Program-made: the position numbers and the translations under genes
Assembly (NCBI GenBank): GCA_013002065.1
Contig: JABDKT010000096.1
Location: 1 to 61,991, forward strand
From: Flavobacteriaceae bacterium
Lineage (GTDB): Bacteria > Bacteroidota > Bacteroidia > Flavobacteriales > Flavobacteriaceae
DNA: 61,991 bases
Reading direction: 5' to 3'
Shown: in pieces, positions 49,444-58,073 of the stretch
How positions within the stretch are numbered: position 1 is the first letter of the stretch
Layout of the letters: every line of letters starts with the position of its first letter
The notes under the pieces: generated by a model
What the model was told of the DNA's origin: nothing
The model's input: the letters and a program-made list of their open reading frames with translations, nothing else
Database searches by the model: none

Positions 49444-50361
49444 TTATAATTTGCTTTCAATAAAGCTACGACAATAATCCCGAATCTCGTTTCTGGCTTT
49501 TAAAAATGCGGCGTGTTTTTCTTCTTCCGAGCCTTCTACTTTGGAGGGATCAAAAAAGTTATGATGCAATCTTTGCGCATTAGGAGCAGGAATAAATGGG
49601 CAATTCTCATTTGCATGATCGCATACCGTGATGATAAAATCCCAATTGATGCCCTGGTATTCATCCACATGGTTAGAGGTGTGCGAAGAAATATCTATGT
49701 TGTCTTCTGCCATAATCGACACTGCCCCCGGGTTAAGTCCGTGAGTTTCGATTCCAGCGCTAAAAATCTGCGCTTTATCTCCGGCGAGTTTTTTTAAATA
49801 TCCATGTGCCATCTGACTTCGACAGCTATTTCCAGTGCATAGGACTAAAACGTTTTTCATATAGTTTATTTTTTTACTGCGTCTCTCTAAGAGTATATTA
49901 TCGTGCCACAAACCATCGCGTTGGGCTATTTTTTCCCGATAACCAATCTCTCGAAATCCGAATTTCTTATGTAGTTCAATACTTGCTATGTTTTGAGGGA
50001 AAATTCCAGCCTGTAAGGTATAATAACCGCAATTTTCGCATTCCACTATTAGATGCTCTAATAACCTGGCGCCAAGGCCTTTTCCTTGATGGGCTTTTGA
50101 GACATAGAGTGTGTTTTCAACCACACCTTCATACACTTTTCGTTTTGAAACCAGACTAATGGCACACCAGCCCACAATTTCGTCGTTTAATAGAATAACG
50201 AAACGGCAGTTGTTTAAGAACTTGACATTCCATTCTTCCCAATCTGGTACTTTGGTTTCGAAGGTAGCAATTCCAGTGGCCATGCCCTCTCCGTAAATAT
50301 GGGAGACTTTAGGATAGTCCTCTTTTATTAAAGATCGTATATGTATTTTAGCAGCAGCCAC
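49444..50361 (-). CDS. arsC: GNAT (ArsN1/Pat-like) fused to thioredoxin-type arsenate reductase ArsC
   Basis: N-half IY.EG...ATFET, YEGVVENTLYV, QGKGLG, N.ASI.LHKKFGF; C-half LCTGNSCRSQMA, ITVCD..CP, FFDP. Confidence 0.85.
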   Translation of the reverse strand: MAAAKIHIRSLIKEDYPKVSHIYGEGMATGIATFETKVPDWEEWNVKFLNNCRFVILLNDEIVGWCAISLVSKRKVYEGVVENTLYVSKAHQGKGLGARLLEHLIVECENCGYYTLQAGIFPQNIASIELHKKFGFREIGYREKIAQRDGLWHDNILLERRSKKINYMKNVLVLCTGNSCRSQMAHGYLKKLAGDKAQIFSAGIETHGLNPGAVSIMAEDNIDISSHTSNHVDEYQGINWDFIITVCDHANENCPFIPAPNAQRLHHNFFDPSKVEGSEEEKHAAFLKARNEIRDYCRSFIESKL

Positions 50362-50839
50362 CTCCGGGAGTACAAGTACCTTCTGGACTTGTGGCTTCTA
50401 CGGTTTCAGGAACACCACAAATTTCTTTGGCTTTACAATCGGTTTTCTCGATTGCTAATTTAAGAAGGAGATTATTTCCATGGATTTCGAAATCGTTAAC
50501 AAATAGTTGTGCCGTATGAAAGAGAGAATTGCTGTATTCCATTTTTACTTCTGCCTCCCAATCGTAAGCTTTCATGGTTCCTACTTTGTTAAGGATGCCG
50601 AGTGCTTTGTAAGCTGACATAAATTCGGTTTTACCAATTTCCGAAGGACTTTCCCACAACTGTATTATGGTTTCATTCCAAGCATCGGTTCCGGCACCGC
50701 AATCGACCGAATCGATTTTTACATGCTTCACTTCTGTGATATGGTAATTGGCTCCAACCAATTGTCCGTTGGAATATTCGAAGAGCAGTGATTTATCTTG
50801 ATGATCTTTTAGTAACTGAAAAAATTCTTGAGTTTTCAT
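50348..50839 (-). CDS. DUF6428-like Cys-rich ars-cluster protein
   Basis: YHITEVK..IDSVDCG, TDCKAKEICG, C-terminal CTPGGGCC. Confidence 0.72.
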   Translation of the reverse strand: MKTQEFFQLLKDHQDKSLLFEYSNGQLVGANYHITEVKHVKIDSVDCGAGTDAWNETIIQLWESPSEIGKTEFMSAYKALGILNKVGTMKAYDWEAEVKMEYSNSLFHTAQLFVNDFEIHGNNLLLKLAIEKTDCKAKEICGVPETVEATSPEGTCTPGGGCC

Positions 50840-50854
50840 ACGTATGAAATTTAA

Positions 50855-51178
50855 TTAGCAACATTTTTGTTCGGTGGTTTCGAAAAAATCTTGAAATAGT
50901 TCTTTTAAGGCGGTCAATTTGTCTTTGTTGATGGTGTAATACTGACTTTTACCTTCAAACTTGCTTTTCAACAGTCCCGATTTTTTGATGATTTGAAGAT
51001 GTTGAGAGGTGGTAGGTTGTGAAAGCCTTATTTTTTCTGAAATGTCTTTACAAAGGCAACCATCACAATCACCAATGTAATTTAGGATCGAAATTCTGGC
51101 CGGATGTGAAAGTACTTTCGCCATGTCTGCCAGTTGGTTTACCTGAACCGAGTGTAAAAATCTTTTGGAAACTCCCAT
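50855..51178 (-). CDS. arsR: ArsR/SmtB family repressor
   Basis: KVLSHPARISIL, CLC, LSQPTTSQHL, C-terminal CC. Confidence 0.88.
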   Translation of the reverse strand: MGVSKRFLHSVQVNQLADMAKVLSHPARISILNYIGDCDGCLCKDISEKIRLSQPTTSQHLQIIKKSGLLKSKFEGKSQYYTINKDKLTALKELFQDFFETTEQKCC

Positions 51179-51194
51179 AACTTGATATATATTA

Positions 51195-51210
51195 ATTGCA
51201 ATATTACGAT
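51195..51210. promoter_or_regulatory. Probable ArsR operator
   Basis: Imperfect palindrome ATTGCAATATTACGAT, 16 nt upstream of arsR. Confidence 0.6.
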
Positions 51211-51224
51211 GTTAATATGTAATA

Positions 51225-51260
51225 TAAAAGCTTTTGGAGTAAAATTTCCAAAAGCTTTTA
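51225..51260. terminator. Perfect 14-bp inverted repeat after the TM2 gene; probable terminator
   Basis: taaaagcttttgga-N8-tccaaaagctttta, 5 nt past the TM2 stop. AT-rich with a weak U-tract. Confidence 0.5.
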
Positions 51261-51265
51261 ATTTT

Positions 51266-51655
51266 TTAGAACCAAGGTTTTTTGTTGACCTGATAGGTTT
51301 CGTAGAATTCTTCATCGCTTTTGGTAAGATAAATGATCCCTTCAATGAGAGACACAATTCCTACAGCCATGATGATAAAGATTCCTATAACAAAACAATA
51401 GGTAACCACTCCAATGAGGAAACCACCTAAAAGAATGAATCCTTCTTTGTTGTATCCCAATATAAATTTGTGCACTCCAAAATAACCTACGAAGATGGCT
51501 AAAAGTCCGGCGAGCAGCTTTTTATTTTCACCACCTTTAGTGGCTTCGTTCCAGCCTTCTTTAAATTCTTCGGTCGTACTTTTTGCTTCGTCTGCAATAT
51601 TTTTGGCTTCGTCTTTTATTTCGTCACCTAAGTTTTCGTTGTTTTCTTCAGACAT
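51266..51655 (-). CDS. TM2 domain membrane protein
   Basis: KKLLAGLLAIFVG.FGVHKFILGY, EGIIYLTKSDEEF..TY...KKPWF. Confidence 0.88.
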   Translation of the reverse strand: MSEENNENLGDEIKDEAKNIADEAKSTTEEFKEGWNEATKGGENKKLLAGLLAIFVGYFGVHKFILGYNKEGFILLGGFLIGVVTYCFVIGIFIIMAVGIVSLIEGIIYLTKSDEEFYETYQVNKKPWF

Positions 51656-51746
51656 ATCGAATTTGGTTTTAGTTGAAATATAAAAGTATGAATTTTTTTT
51701 AAACCTATCCTACTGGAATTCATATACTTTTATCATCGAACAGGTC

Positions 51747-52133
51747 CTATTCAAAAGCACTATCCACGGGTTCCCAAAGTTCAATTTTATTTCCTTCCGG
51801 ATCTAATATCCAACCAAATTTTCCGTAGTCATATTCTTCAATTTCTCCTATAATGGTAACACCTTCTTCTTTTAATACTTTCAACAATTCCACCAAATTT
51901 TCTACCCGAAAGTTCATCATAAACTGTTTTTCACTCGGACTAAAATATTGGGTGTCCTCCTTAAATGGGCTCCATTGTGTAGAACATTTGTTACCCTCTT
52001 CATCCTTCCACCAAAAAGTCCAGCCGTATTGATCGGTTGGAATTCCTAGTCGTTCTTTATACCATGTTTTGATGGCATCGGGGTCCTTGCTTTTAAAAAA
52101 GAAGCCTCCCAGCCCTGTTACTCTTTTTTTCAT
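51747..52133 (-). CDS. VOC/glyoxalase family protein
   Basis: VTGLGGFFFK, FMMNFRV, YGKFGWILDPEGNKIELWEP. Confidence 0.9.
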   Translation of the reverse strand: MKKRVTGLGGFFFKSKDPDAIKTWYKERLGIPTDQYGWTFWWKDEEGNKCSTQWSPFKEDTQYFSPSEKQFMMNFRVENLVELLKVLKEEGVTIIGEIEEYDYGKFGWILDPEGNKIELWEPVDSAFE

Positions 52134-52145
52134 TTTTAGCTTGTT

Positions 52146-52553
52146 TTACCAGTCTTTCATGACCTCCATGGATCTTTTCAAAAACTCTTTTAAGATATCC
52201 AATTCAATATCGGATAGTCTATTTATATATAAACAGGATTTACCCGTCTTGTATTTACCCAGTTTTGCCATGAGTTCTTTTTCCTTTTCGAAACCTGAAA
52301 TGGCGTAAATAGAGATATTAGCTTTTCGGGGTGAAAATCCGATAAAAAACCATTCACCCGAGCTCGCTTTACCTTGGTAGGTGTAGGTTCCGTAGCCAAT
52401 TATACTATTTCCCCACATCTTGGCAGGGTAACCACTTATTTCAGTAAGTATGTCAAGCAATTGGAGTAAATCGGGATAGCGTTCTTCCTTCTCAAATTTC
52501 TTTAAAAAGTCGAGGACATCTGCATCGTTCTGTTTGGTTTTTATCTCGTACAT
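52146..52553 (-). CDS. DUF1801 family protein
   Basis: KMWG.SIIGYG.Y.Y, GFSPRK, LGKYKTGKSCLYI. Confidence 0.85.
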   Translation of the reverse strand: MYEIKTKQNDADVLDFLKKFEKEERYPDLLQLLDILTEISGYPAKMWGNSIIGYGTYTYQGKASSGEWFFIGFSPRKANISIYAISGFEKEKELMAKLGKYKTGKSCLYINRLSDIELDILKEFLKRSMEVMKDW

Positions 52554-52554
52554 C

Positions 52555-53013
52555 TTATCGGTTTTTTACATTTTTCTCATAAAGTGCTATCCAATCCTCT
52601 ACAGTAACCTTAGTACATAATTCGGCGATAAGATCATACGGGATATCGTCCATTTTCTTGAATCTCACACAACTTTTGCCCATGTCGAGTTTGCGTTTAC
52701 AATGTTTGGGATATTCGGAAACGAACCAATTGTGTATTTTTTCATTGGCATAAATCCCCGAATGGTACAAGGCCACAAAATTCTTTTGAGAGGCTATGCT
52801 CATAAAGGGTAACGGAATTTTAGGATCACAGTGATAACCATCCGGATATACCGAATGGGGCACGTAGTATCCTATCATTCCGTATTGGATTCCTTCTTCA
52901 AAACCTTTGGGAATATTCGATTGGATCACCTTACGCAATTTAGTCATAGGTTCCTTGCGTTCTTCCGGAATCTGATTGATATAATCGTCGGGAGAGTTTG
53001 CTTTATACTGCAT
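52555..53013 (-). CDS. DUF1801 family protein
   Basis: YGMIGYYVPHS.YP.GYHC, ASQKNF.ALY, LDMGKSCVRFK. Confidence 0.85.
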   Translation of the reverse strand: MQYKANSPDDYINQIPEERKEPMTKLRKVIQSNIPKGFEEGIQYGMIGYYVPHSVYPDGYHCDPKIPLPFMSIASQKNFVALYHSGIYANEKIHNWFVSEYPKHCKRKLDMGKSCVRFKKMDDIPYDLIAELCTKVTVEDWIALYEKNVKNR

Positions 53014-53020
53014 AAAACTA

Positions 53021-53527
53021 TTATTTACGTTGTAAGATTAATGCTGAAATGAGAGAAACAACAAAGCCCATCATCACTACCGTAACAAACATTAAGGCGG
53101 CCATAAATCCGGAGCTACCGTAATCGGCCATTTGTTGTTTGAGTTCGGCACTTTTCACTTCAAATTCGGCAGCAGATAATTCTGCCTTCATAGTCTCGAT
53201 CATGGTCGCTTCATAGTCGGCAACGAAATCGGGATTAATAACAGTTGTATAAATGTAATCCACTATTCCGAAGCCAAGACCGGCAAAGGCCGAGATAAAT
53301 AATCCTAAGAGAAGCGCTTTTCCGAAGGAAACTTTACCATCGTTCACGTTATTTCGATAATGTCTTATTCCGAAGAAAACAAACACCAACGACAGGGCCA
53401 TGGTGGTATATCCAAATATTTCCTGAGTGCTATATGACATTCCATCGCCAAAAACTAAGGCAGCCGCAAATAGAATGGATGCCACCAACAAGGAGTACAA
53501 TCCGAACTTAATTACTGTATTTTTCAT
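53021..53527 (-). CDS. DUF4199 family membrane protein
   Basis: GI..YR....G..SFGKA...G, Y...INPDF; 4 TM helices. Confidence 0.8.
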   Translation of the reverse strand: MKNTVIKFGLYSLLVASILFAAALVFGDGMSYSTQEIFGYTTMALSLVFVFFGIRHYRNNVNDGKVSFGKALLLGLFISAFAGLGFGIVDYIYTTVINPDFVADYEATMIETMKAELSAAEFEVKSAELKQQMADYGSSGFMAALMFVTVVMMGFVVSLISALILQRK

Positions 53528-53549
53528 GATTTTGGTTTAAAGGTTGTTT

Positions 53550-53619
53550 CAAAAGTATGGGTAGGCTCATGAAATTCGGTCATACTAAAGTACCAAAAAC
53601 AATCCTACTTAAGTACCAA
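53550..53619 (-). promoter_or_regulatory. -7 box plus two tandem LuxR-type boxes upstream of DUF4199
   Basis: TACTTTTG (minus, 53550-57); tactaaagtaccaa (53583-96) and tacttaagtaccaa (53606-19). Confidence 0.6.
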
Positions 53620-53627
53620 TCACAATT

Positions 53628-54047
53628 CTATGCGATGATATGAAGCGCTTTGGCCTTCTGTATTGCTTGCGTTCTTCGCTTAGCATCCAGTTTTACAAAG
53701 AGGTTGGAGATGTGGGTTTTAATCGTACTTTCGGAGACAAATAATTTTTCTGCGATTTCTTTATTCGACAGCCCTTCCGAAATTTTAACCAAGATTTCGT
53801 ATTCCCTTTTGCTAATTCCTAATTCTGAAATTTTCTGAGAATCTATGCTTTGTGTTACTTCGGAAATTGTCTCGGAGCGCAGCTTTTTTTGATTGAGGTA
53901 GAGGCCAATGATAAAAAATACAATGGCAACTACAGTAATTGCCACTTCGATATTCAAATTACCGGTAGAAATAGAATATTTACTAAGCTGAAATAATACC
54001 AGCAAAGCCAGCACCAAGGCTCCAAAAACGAGAACAGTTTTTTTCAC
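53628..54047 (-). CDS. Membrane-anchored LuxR-family regulator (2 TM + HTH), GTG start
   Basis: Two N-terminal TM helices; ISKREYEIL..ISEGLSNKEIAEKLFVSESTIKTHISNLF.KL...RRTQA. Confidence 0.9.
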   Translation of the reverse strand: MKKTVLVFGALVLALLVLFQLSKYSISTGNLNIEVAITVVAIVFFIIGLYLNQKKLRSETISEVTQSIDSQKISELGISKREYEILVKISEGLSNKEIAEKLFVSESTIKTHISNLFVKLDAKRRTQAIQKAKALHIIA

Positions 54048-54079
54048 CCTTAAATTTATGCAATTTTTAATTTGGGAGA

Positions 54080-55009
54080 TTACAATTCTAAAATCTTCTC
54101 TACGATGGTAAGAGCCAGTTTCTCTTTACTTTCGGTACTCCAACCGGCTACGTGCGGACTTAAAATCACATTGTCCATTTCAAGCAATTCTTTAAATTCT
54201 GTGGGTATTTCCGAAGCAAACAACGACTCAAACGAACTTTTTTCATATTCTAACACATCCAATCCGGCACCCAGAATCTTTCCACTTCTTAAAGCAGCCA
54301 CCAAATCCTTGGTCACCACACTTTTTCCTCTGGCCGTATTGATAAACCAAAAGGGTTTGTGAAAGGCATCGATAAATTCGGCATCGATAAGCTTATCGGT
54401 TAAAGGAGTCCAGGGCGTGTGAAGGCTCAATACATCTGCTTTCTTTTGCAACTCTCTCAAAGTGACTTGTTCAGCATTTTTATCGTCAACACCTTCGAGG
54501 ATGTCGTAACAAATAACGTCGCAATGAAAGCCTTGCAATTTTTGGGCAAAAGCTCCACCCATATTTCCATAACCGATAATCCCAACCGTTTTGCCGCCTA
54601 ATTCAACTCCTCGATTGCCTTCCCGATTCCAAATACCGGCTCTAATTTCTCTATTGGAAACGTTCAATTTGTTCATGAGTGATAGCAACATGCCCAAGGC
54701 GTGCTCTCCCACCGCATCTCGGTTACCTTCCGGTGCATTGAATAGATGAATTTTTTTCTCTTCGGCATATTCTGTGTCAATGCTTTCCAGTCCAGCGCCC
54801 ACTCTCGCGATGAATTTCAACTTTTTAGCAGCATCGATAAAGGCCCTGTCAATTTTAAATCGGCTGCGAATCACAACTCCGTCGAAGTCCTCAATAATTT
54901 TTTCGATCTCCTGCTTGGAATCGGTATAATTTTCAACGTTCTCGAATCCTGCCTTTTCGAGACGTTCGATTAAAAGAGGGTGGTTGTTATCGAGGTGTAT
55001 TATTTTCAA
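54080..55009 (-). CDS. D-2-hydroxyacid dehydrogenase (SerA-like, no ACT domain)
   Basis: ARVGAGLESID, GIIGYGNMG, INTARG, GAGLDVLE.E, LSPHVAG. Confidence 0.9.
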   Translation of the reverse strand: MKIIHLDNNHPLLIERLEKAGFENVENYTDSKQEIEKIIEDFDGVVIRSRFKIDRAFIDAAKKLKFIARVGAGLESIDTEYAEEKKIHLFNAPEGNRDAVGEHALGMLLSLMNKLNVSNREIRAGIWNREGNRGVELGGKTVGIIGYGNMGGAFAQKLQGFHCDVICYDILEGVDDKNAEQVTLRELQKKADVLSLHTPWTPLTDKLIDAEFIDAFHKPFWFINTARGKSVVTKDLVAALRSGKILGAGLDVLEYEKSSFESLFASEIPTEFKELLEMDNVILSPHVAGWSTESKEKLALTIVEKILEL

Positions 55010-55012
55010 AGA

Positions 55013-55378
55013 TTATATTTTTGGATATTCGGTTTTGGTTTTTTCGTGTATCAGAGTGCCGGTATGTTTTGTATTCAGTTTTTCGAATAGCAATACGTGA
55101 ACTTCTTCATTCCCTTTTGTTTTTGGGCAATGTTCGACCCCCTTTAGAACTACGATAACTTCGCCTTGATTAACAATCTCGACTTTATCCCTAAAATGCA
55201 TTTCTAGAGTACCTTTTTGAACAAAGAAAAGTTCGTCTTCTTCATCGTGCTTATGCCAAACAAAATCACCCTTTAGTTTGGCAAGGATCACTTGCATATC
55301 ATCGACGGTTGCGATTTGATGTGGATGCCAATGAACTTTGAATTTTTCAAATTTCTCGGCGATATTGATGGGCTGCAT
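55013..55378 (-). CDS. Cupin-domain protein
   Basis: FVWHKH..EDELF.V..G, GE.IVV.KGVEHCP. Confidence 0.88.
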   Translation of the reverse strand: MQPINIAEKFEKFKVHWHPHQIATVDDMQVILAKLKGDFVWHKHDEEDELFFVQKGTLEMHFRDKVEIVNQGEVIVVLKGVEHCPKTKGNEEVHVLLFEKLNTKHTGTLIHEKTKTEYPKI

Positions 55379-55393
55379 GAGGGTTTTTGTTTA

Positions 55394-55786
55394 CTAAAAC
55401 AAATTACGAATTTCCTCCGGGATTTTGGTTGGTTTCAGCGTTTTTCCGTTAAGAAGACACCATTGAGTGCGTGCTCGCACCAATTTCTTTCCATCTGCTT
55501 TTCTGAAAATTTCATATCGACGTTCACTGCGTACGCCTTCGGCGGAAGTAACCCAGGTAACAACCTCTAAAACCTCTCCTTCAAATGCTGAAGATTTGTA
55601 TTCTATCTCGTGTTTCAGAACATACCAAACATATTGTTCTCGTATTTCTTCGGAAGCTTTTATGCGCCAATGAGTTTCGGCAGCCTGAAGGCACCATTCG
55701 AGATAACTTAAATTGTTTACATGATTTCTTTCATCGATAGCCGATGCCGGAACCGTAATCTCGATGGAAAACTTTTCCGTAGTCAA
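55394..55786 (-). CDS. Acyl-CoA thioesterase (4HBT/hot-dog fold)
   Basis: IDERNHVNN..YL.W, HEIEYK, A.TQWC. Confidence 0.88.
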   Translation of the reverse strand: MTTEKFSIEITVPASAIDERNHVNNLSYLEWCLQAAETHWRIKASEEIREQYVWYVLKHEIEYKSSAFEGEVLEVVTWVTSAEGVRSERRYEIFRKADGKKLVRARTQWCLLNGKTLKPTKIPEEIRNLF

Positions 55787-57141
55787 AACCCTAAGATCAA
55801 TTTTGAAATATAGAAGAAGAGGAAAATTCCGAAGATATCATTACTAGTAGTGATAAATGGCCCGGTTGCGATGGCGGGATCGATTCCTCGTTTGTCCAAT
55901 ATAATGGGAACAAAAGTACCTACCAATGCTGCCACTATAATAACCGCAAGAATAGAAATTGCTACAGACAGGGTCACTTTTGGATCGAATCCGGCTATAA
56001 ATCCGAAGAGAACCACCAATCCACCCAAAACAATTCCATTGATAAGTGCTAATCCTACCTCTTTAAGTAGACGATTCAATAAACTTCCTTTGATGATATC
56101 ATTCGCTAAACCTTGAACGATGATCGCACTCGATTGTACTCCTACATTTCCTGCCATGGCCGCGATGAGTGGTGCAAAAAAGAATAGTACGGCATATTCG
56201 GAGATGGCGTCGTCGTAATACTTCATTATAAAAACAGAACCCAATCCACCCAATAGCCCAAGAACCAACCATGGAAGGCGTGCTCTGGTAAGTCGGAAAA
56301 TGCTGTCATCGGCTTCTACTTCTTCAGTAATACCTGCAGCCAACTGATAATCTTTTTCGGCTTCATCCACGATAAAGTCAACCATATCGTCGATAGTGAT
56401 TCGACCTACCAGTACTCCTTCTTCATCAACTACCGGAATGGCCTCCAAGTCATATTTTTTCATAATTTTTGCGACTTCTTCTCCTTCGGTATGAACGGTT
56501 ACATAATCCACTTTAGGAATGTAAACGTCGCTAATATGTGCTTTTTCTGAAGCCGTCAATAAATCCTTTAAGGAAAGTCGTCCTTTTAATTTTCCTTCTT
56601 TGTCGGTTACATAAATCGAATGCACGCGAGTCACATTTTTTGCTTGCCGGCGCATTTCCCTAACACAGCCAGCCACAGTCCAGGTCTCTTTTACCTGCAC
56701 TAATTCTTTCGCCATCAATCCCCCGGCACTTTTCTCGTCGTAACCAATGAGTTCGACTAAATCGGCAGCCAGCTCATCATCGTCGATTTTATCGATTACC
56801 TGAATTTGAGTATCTCGATCCAGTTCACCGATGACATCGGCGGCATCATCCGAGTCCATTTCTACCAGCTCTCCTGCAATTTCGGAAGGTGAAAGGCGGT
56901 CCAGGATTTTCTCCCTAACATCCTCGTCCAATTCCATTAAGGTATCGGAAGTAATATCACTTTCGAGGAGTTTTACGACATAAGTCGCCTCGTCGCTTTT
57001 TAGTTCTTCTAAAATCTCGGCTATGTCGGCAAAGTGAAAGTCTTTGAGCAGCTCTTTTATGGCAAGCCCATCCCGTTGAACAATGAGTTGTTCAATTTGC
57101 TGGATGAATTCGTTAGTGATTTGAAATTGCATCACCTTCAA
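55783..57141 (-). CDS. mgtE: Magnesium transporter MgtE (start probably MQFQ, near 57132)
   Basis: Acidic N-domain, CBS pair (AGGLM, GRITIDD), [28 protein letters not shown]. Confidence 0.95.
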   Translation of the reverse strand: MKVMQFQITNEFIQQIEQLIVQRDGLAIKELLKDFHFADIAEILEELKSDEATYVVKLLESDITSDTLMELDEDVREKILDRLSPSEIAGELVEMDSDDAADVIGELDRDTQIQVIDKIDDDELAADLVELIGYDEKSAGGLMAKELVQVKETWTVAGCVREMRRQAKNVTRVHSIYVTDKEGKLKGRLSLKDLLTASEKAHISDVYIPKVDYVTVHTEGEEVAKIMKKYDLEAIPVVDEEGVLVGRITIDDMVDFIVDEAEKDYQLAAGITEEVEADDSIFRLTRARLPWLVLGLLGGLGSVFIMKYYDDAISEYAVLFFFAPLIAAMAGNVGVQSSAIIVQGLANDIIKGSLLNRLLKEVGLALINGIVLGGLVVLFGFIAGFDPKVTLSVAISILAVIIVAALVGTFVPIILDKRGIDPAIATGPFITTSNDIFGIFLFFYISKLILGF

Positions 57142-57904
57142 TTTTTTGGGTCAGGCTTATAAATTCTTGCACCGAAAGTTGTTCAGGGCGTTGCGCAAAT
57201 ATAGTATCTTCTTTTAGTTTATCTGAAATTTGAAATGTTTTTAAACTGTTGCGCAGAGTCTTGCGTCTTTGCTGAAACGCGGTTTTCACCACCTTAAAAA
57301 ACAGGGATTCATCGCAGGGAAGTGAAAAATCCTCTTTTCGACTTAGCCTTAAAACACCACTATCCACTTTTGGTGGCGGATTAAAAACCCCCGGTTTTAC
57401 TGTGAAAAGGTACTCACATTCGTAAAAGGCTTGGGTTAGCACAGACAATATACCATAAACCTTGCTACCTTCTTTTTCACAAATTCTTTGAGCGACTTCC
57501 TTCTGAAACATACCTGAAAATTCGGGTATTAGATTTCGGTTTTCCAAGGTTTTAAAAACAATTTGAGTAGAAATATTATAAGGGAAGTTGCCAATTATGG
57601 CGAAAGGTTGGTTATTGAATATTTCAGCAATATTAAATTTTAGGAAATCGCCTTCCACTATGGTTAAATTATCTTTGGGAAGATTCTTCTTTAAATAATC
57701 GATGGACTCGGTGTCCACATCCATCGCAATCACTTCGACAGGTTTCTCGACAAGATATTTGGTAAGAACACCCATTCCGGGACCAATTTCGAGGACATTT
57801 TTATAATCGTTTAGCGTAAGGGTATTTGCGATTTTTTCTGCCACACCTTCATCATGCAAAAAATGCTGGCCCAGATGTTTTTTCGCTTTTACCTTATTAT
57901 TCAT
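57113..57904 (-). CDS. rsmA: 16S rRNA m6,2A dimethyltransferase
   Basis: [53 protein letters not shown]. Confidence 0.97.
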   Translation of the reverse strand: MNNKVKAKKHLGQHFLHDEGVAEKIANTLTLNDYKNVLEIGPGMGVLTKYLVEKPVEVIAMDVDTESIDYLKKNLPKDNLTIVEGDFLKFNIAEIFNNQPFAIIGNFPYNISTQIVFKTLENRNLIPEFSGMFQKEVAQRICEKEGSKVYGILSVLTQAFYECEYLFTVKPGVFNPPPKVDSGVLRLSRKEDFSLPCDESLFFKVVKTAFQQRRKTLRNSLKTFQISDKLKEDTIFAQRPEQLSVQEFISLTQKIEGDAISNH

Positions 57905-58073
57905 ATCGAAGTCAAAAATAGAAAATAACTATACGGAAACCTCAAATTATTTAATGTATAAGGAATTGTAATGGTTCTTTATCGAGTAAATAATTCACTT
58001 CAACTAAAAGATGTAGGAAAAATCCTTGAATAGTCTATTTTTGGTTTGAATCTAATCTTAGAACCTCACGAAA

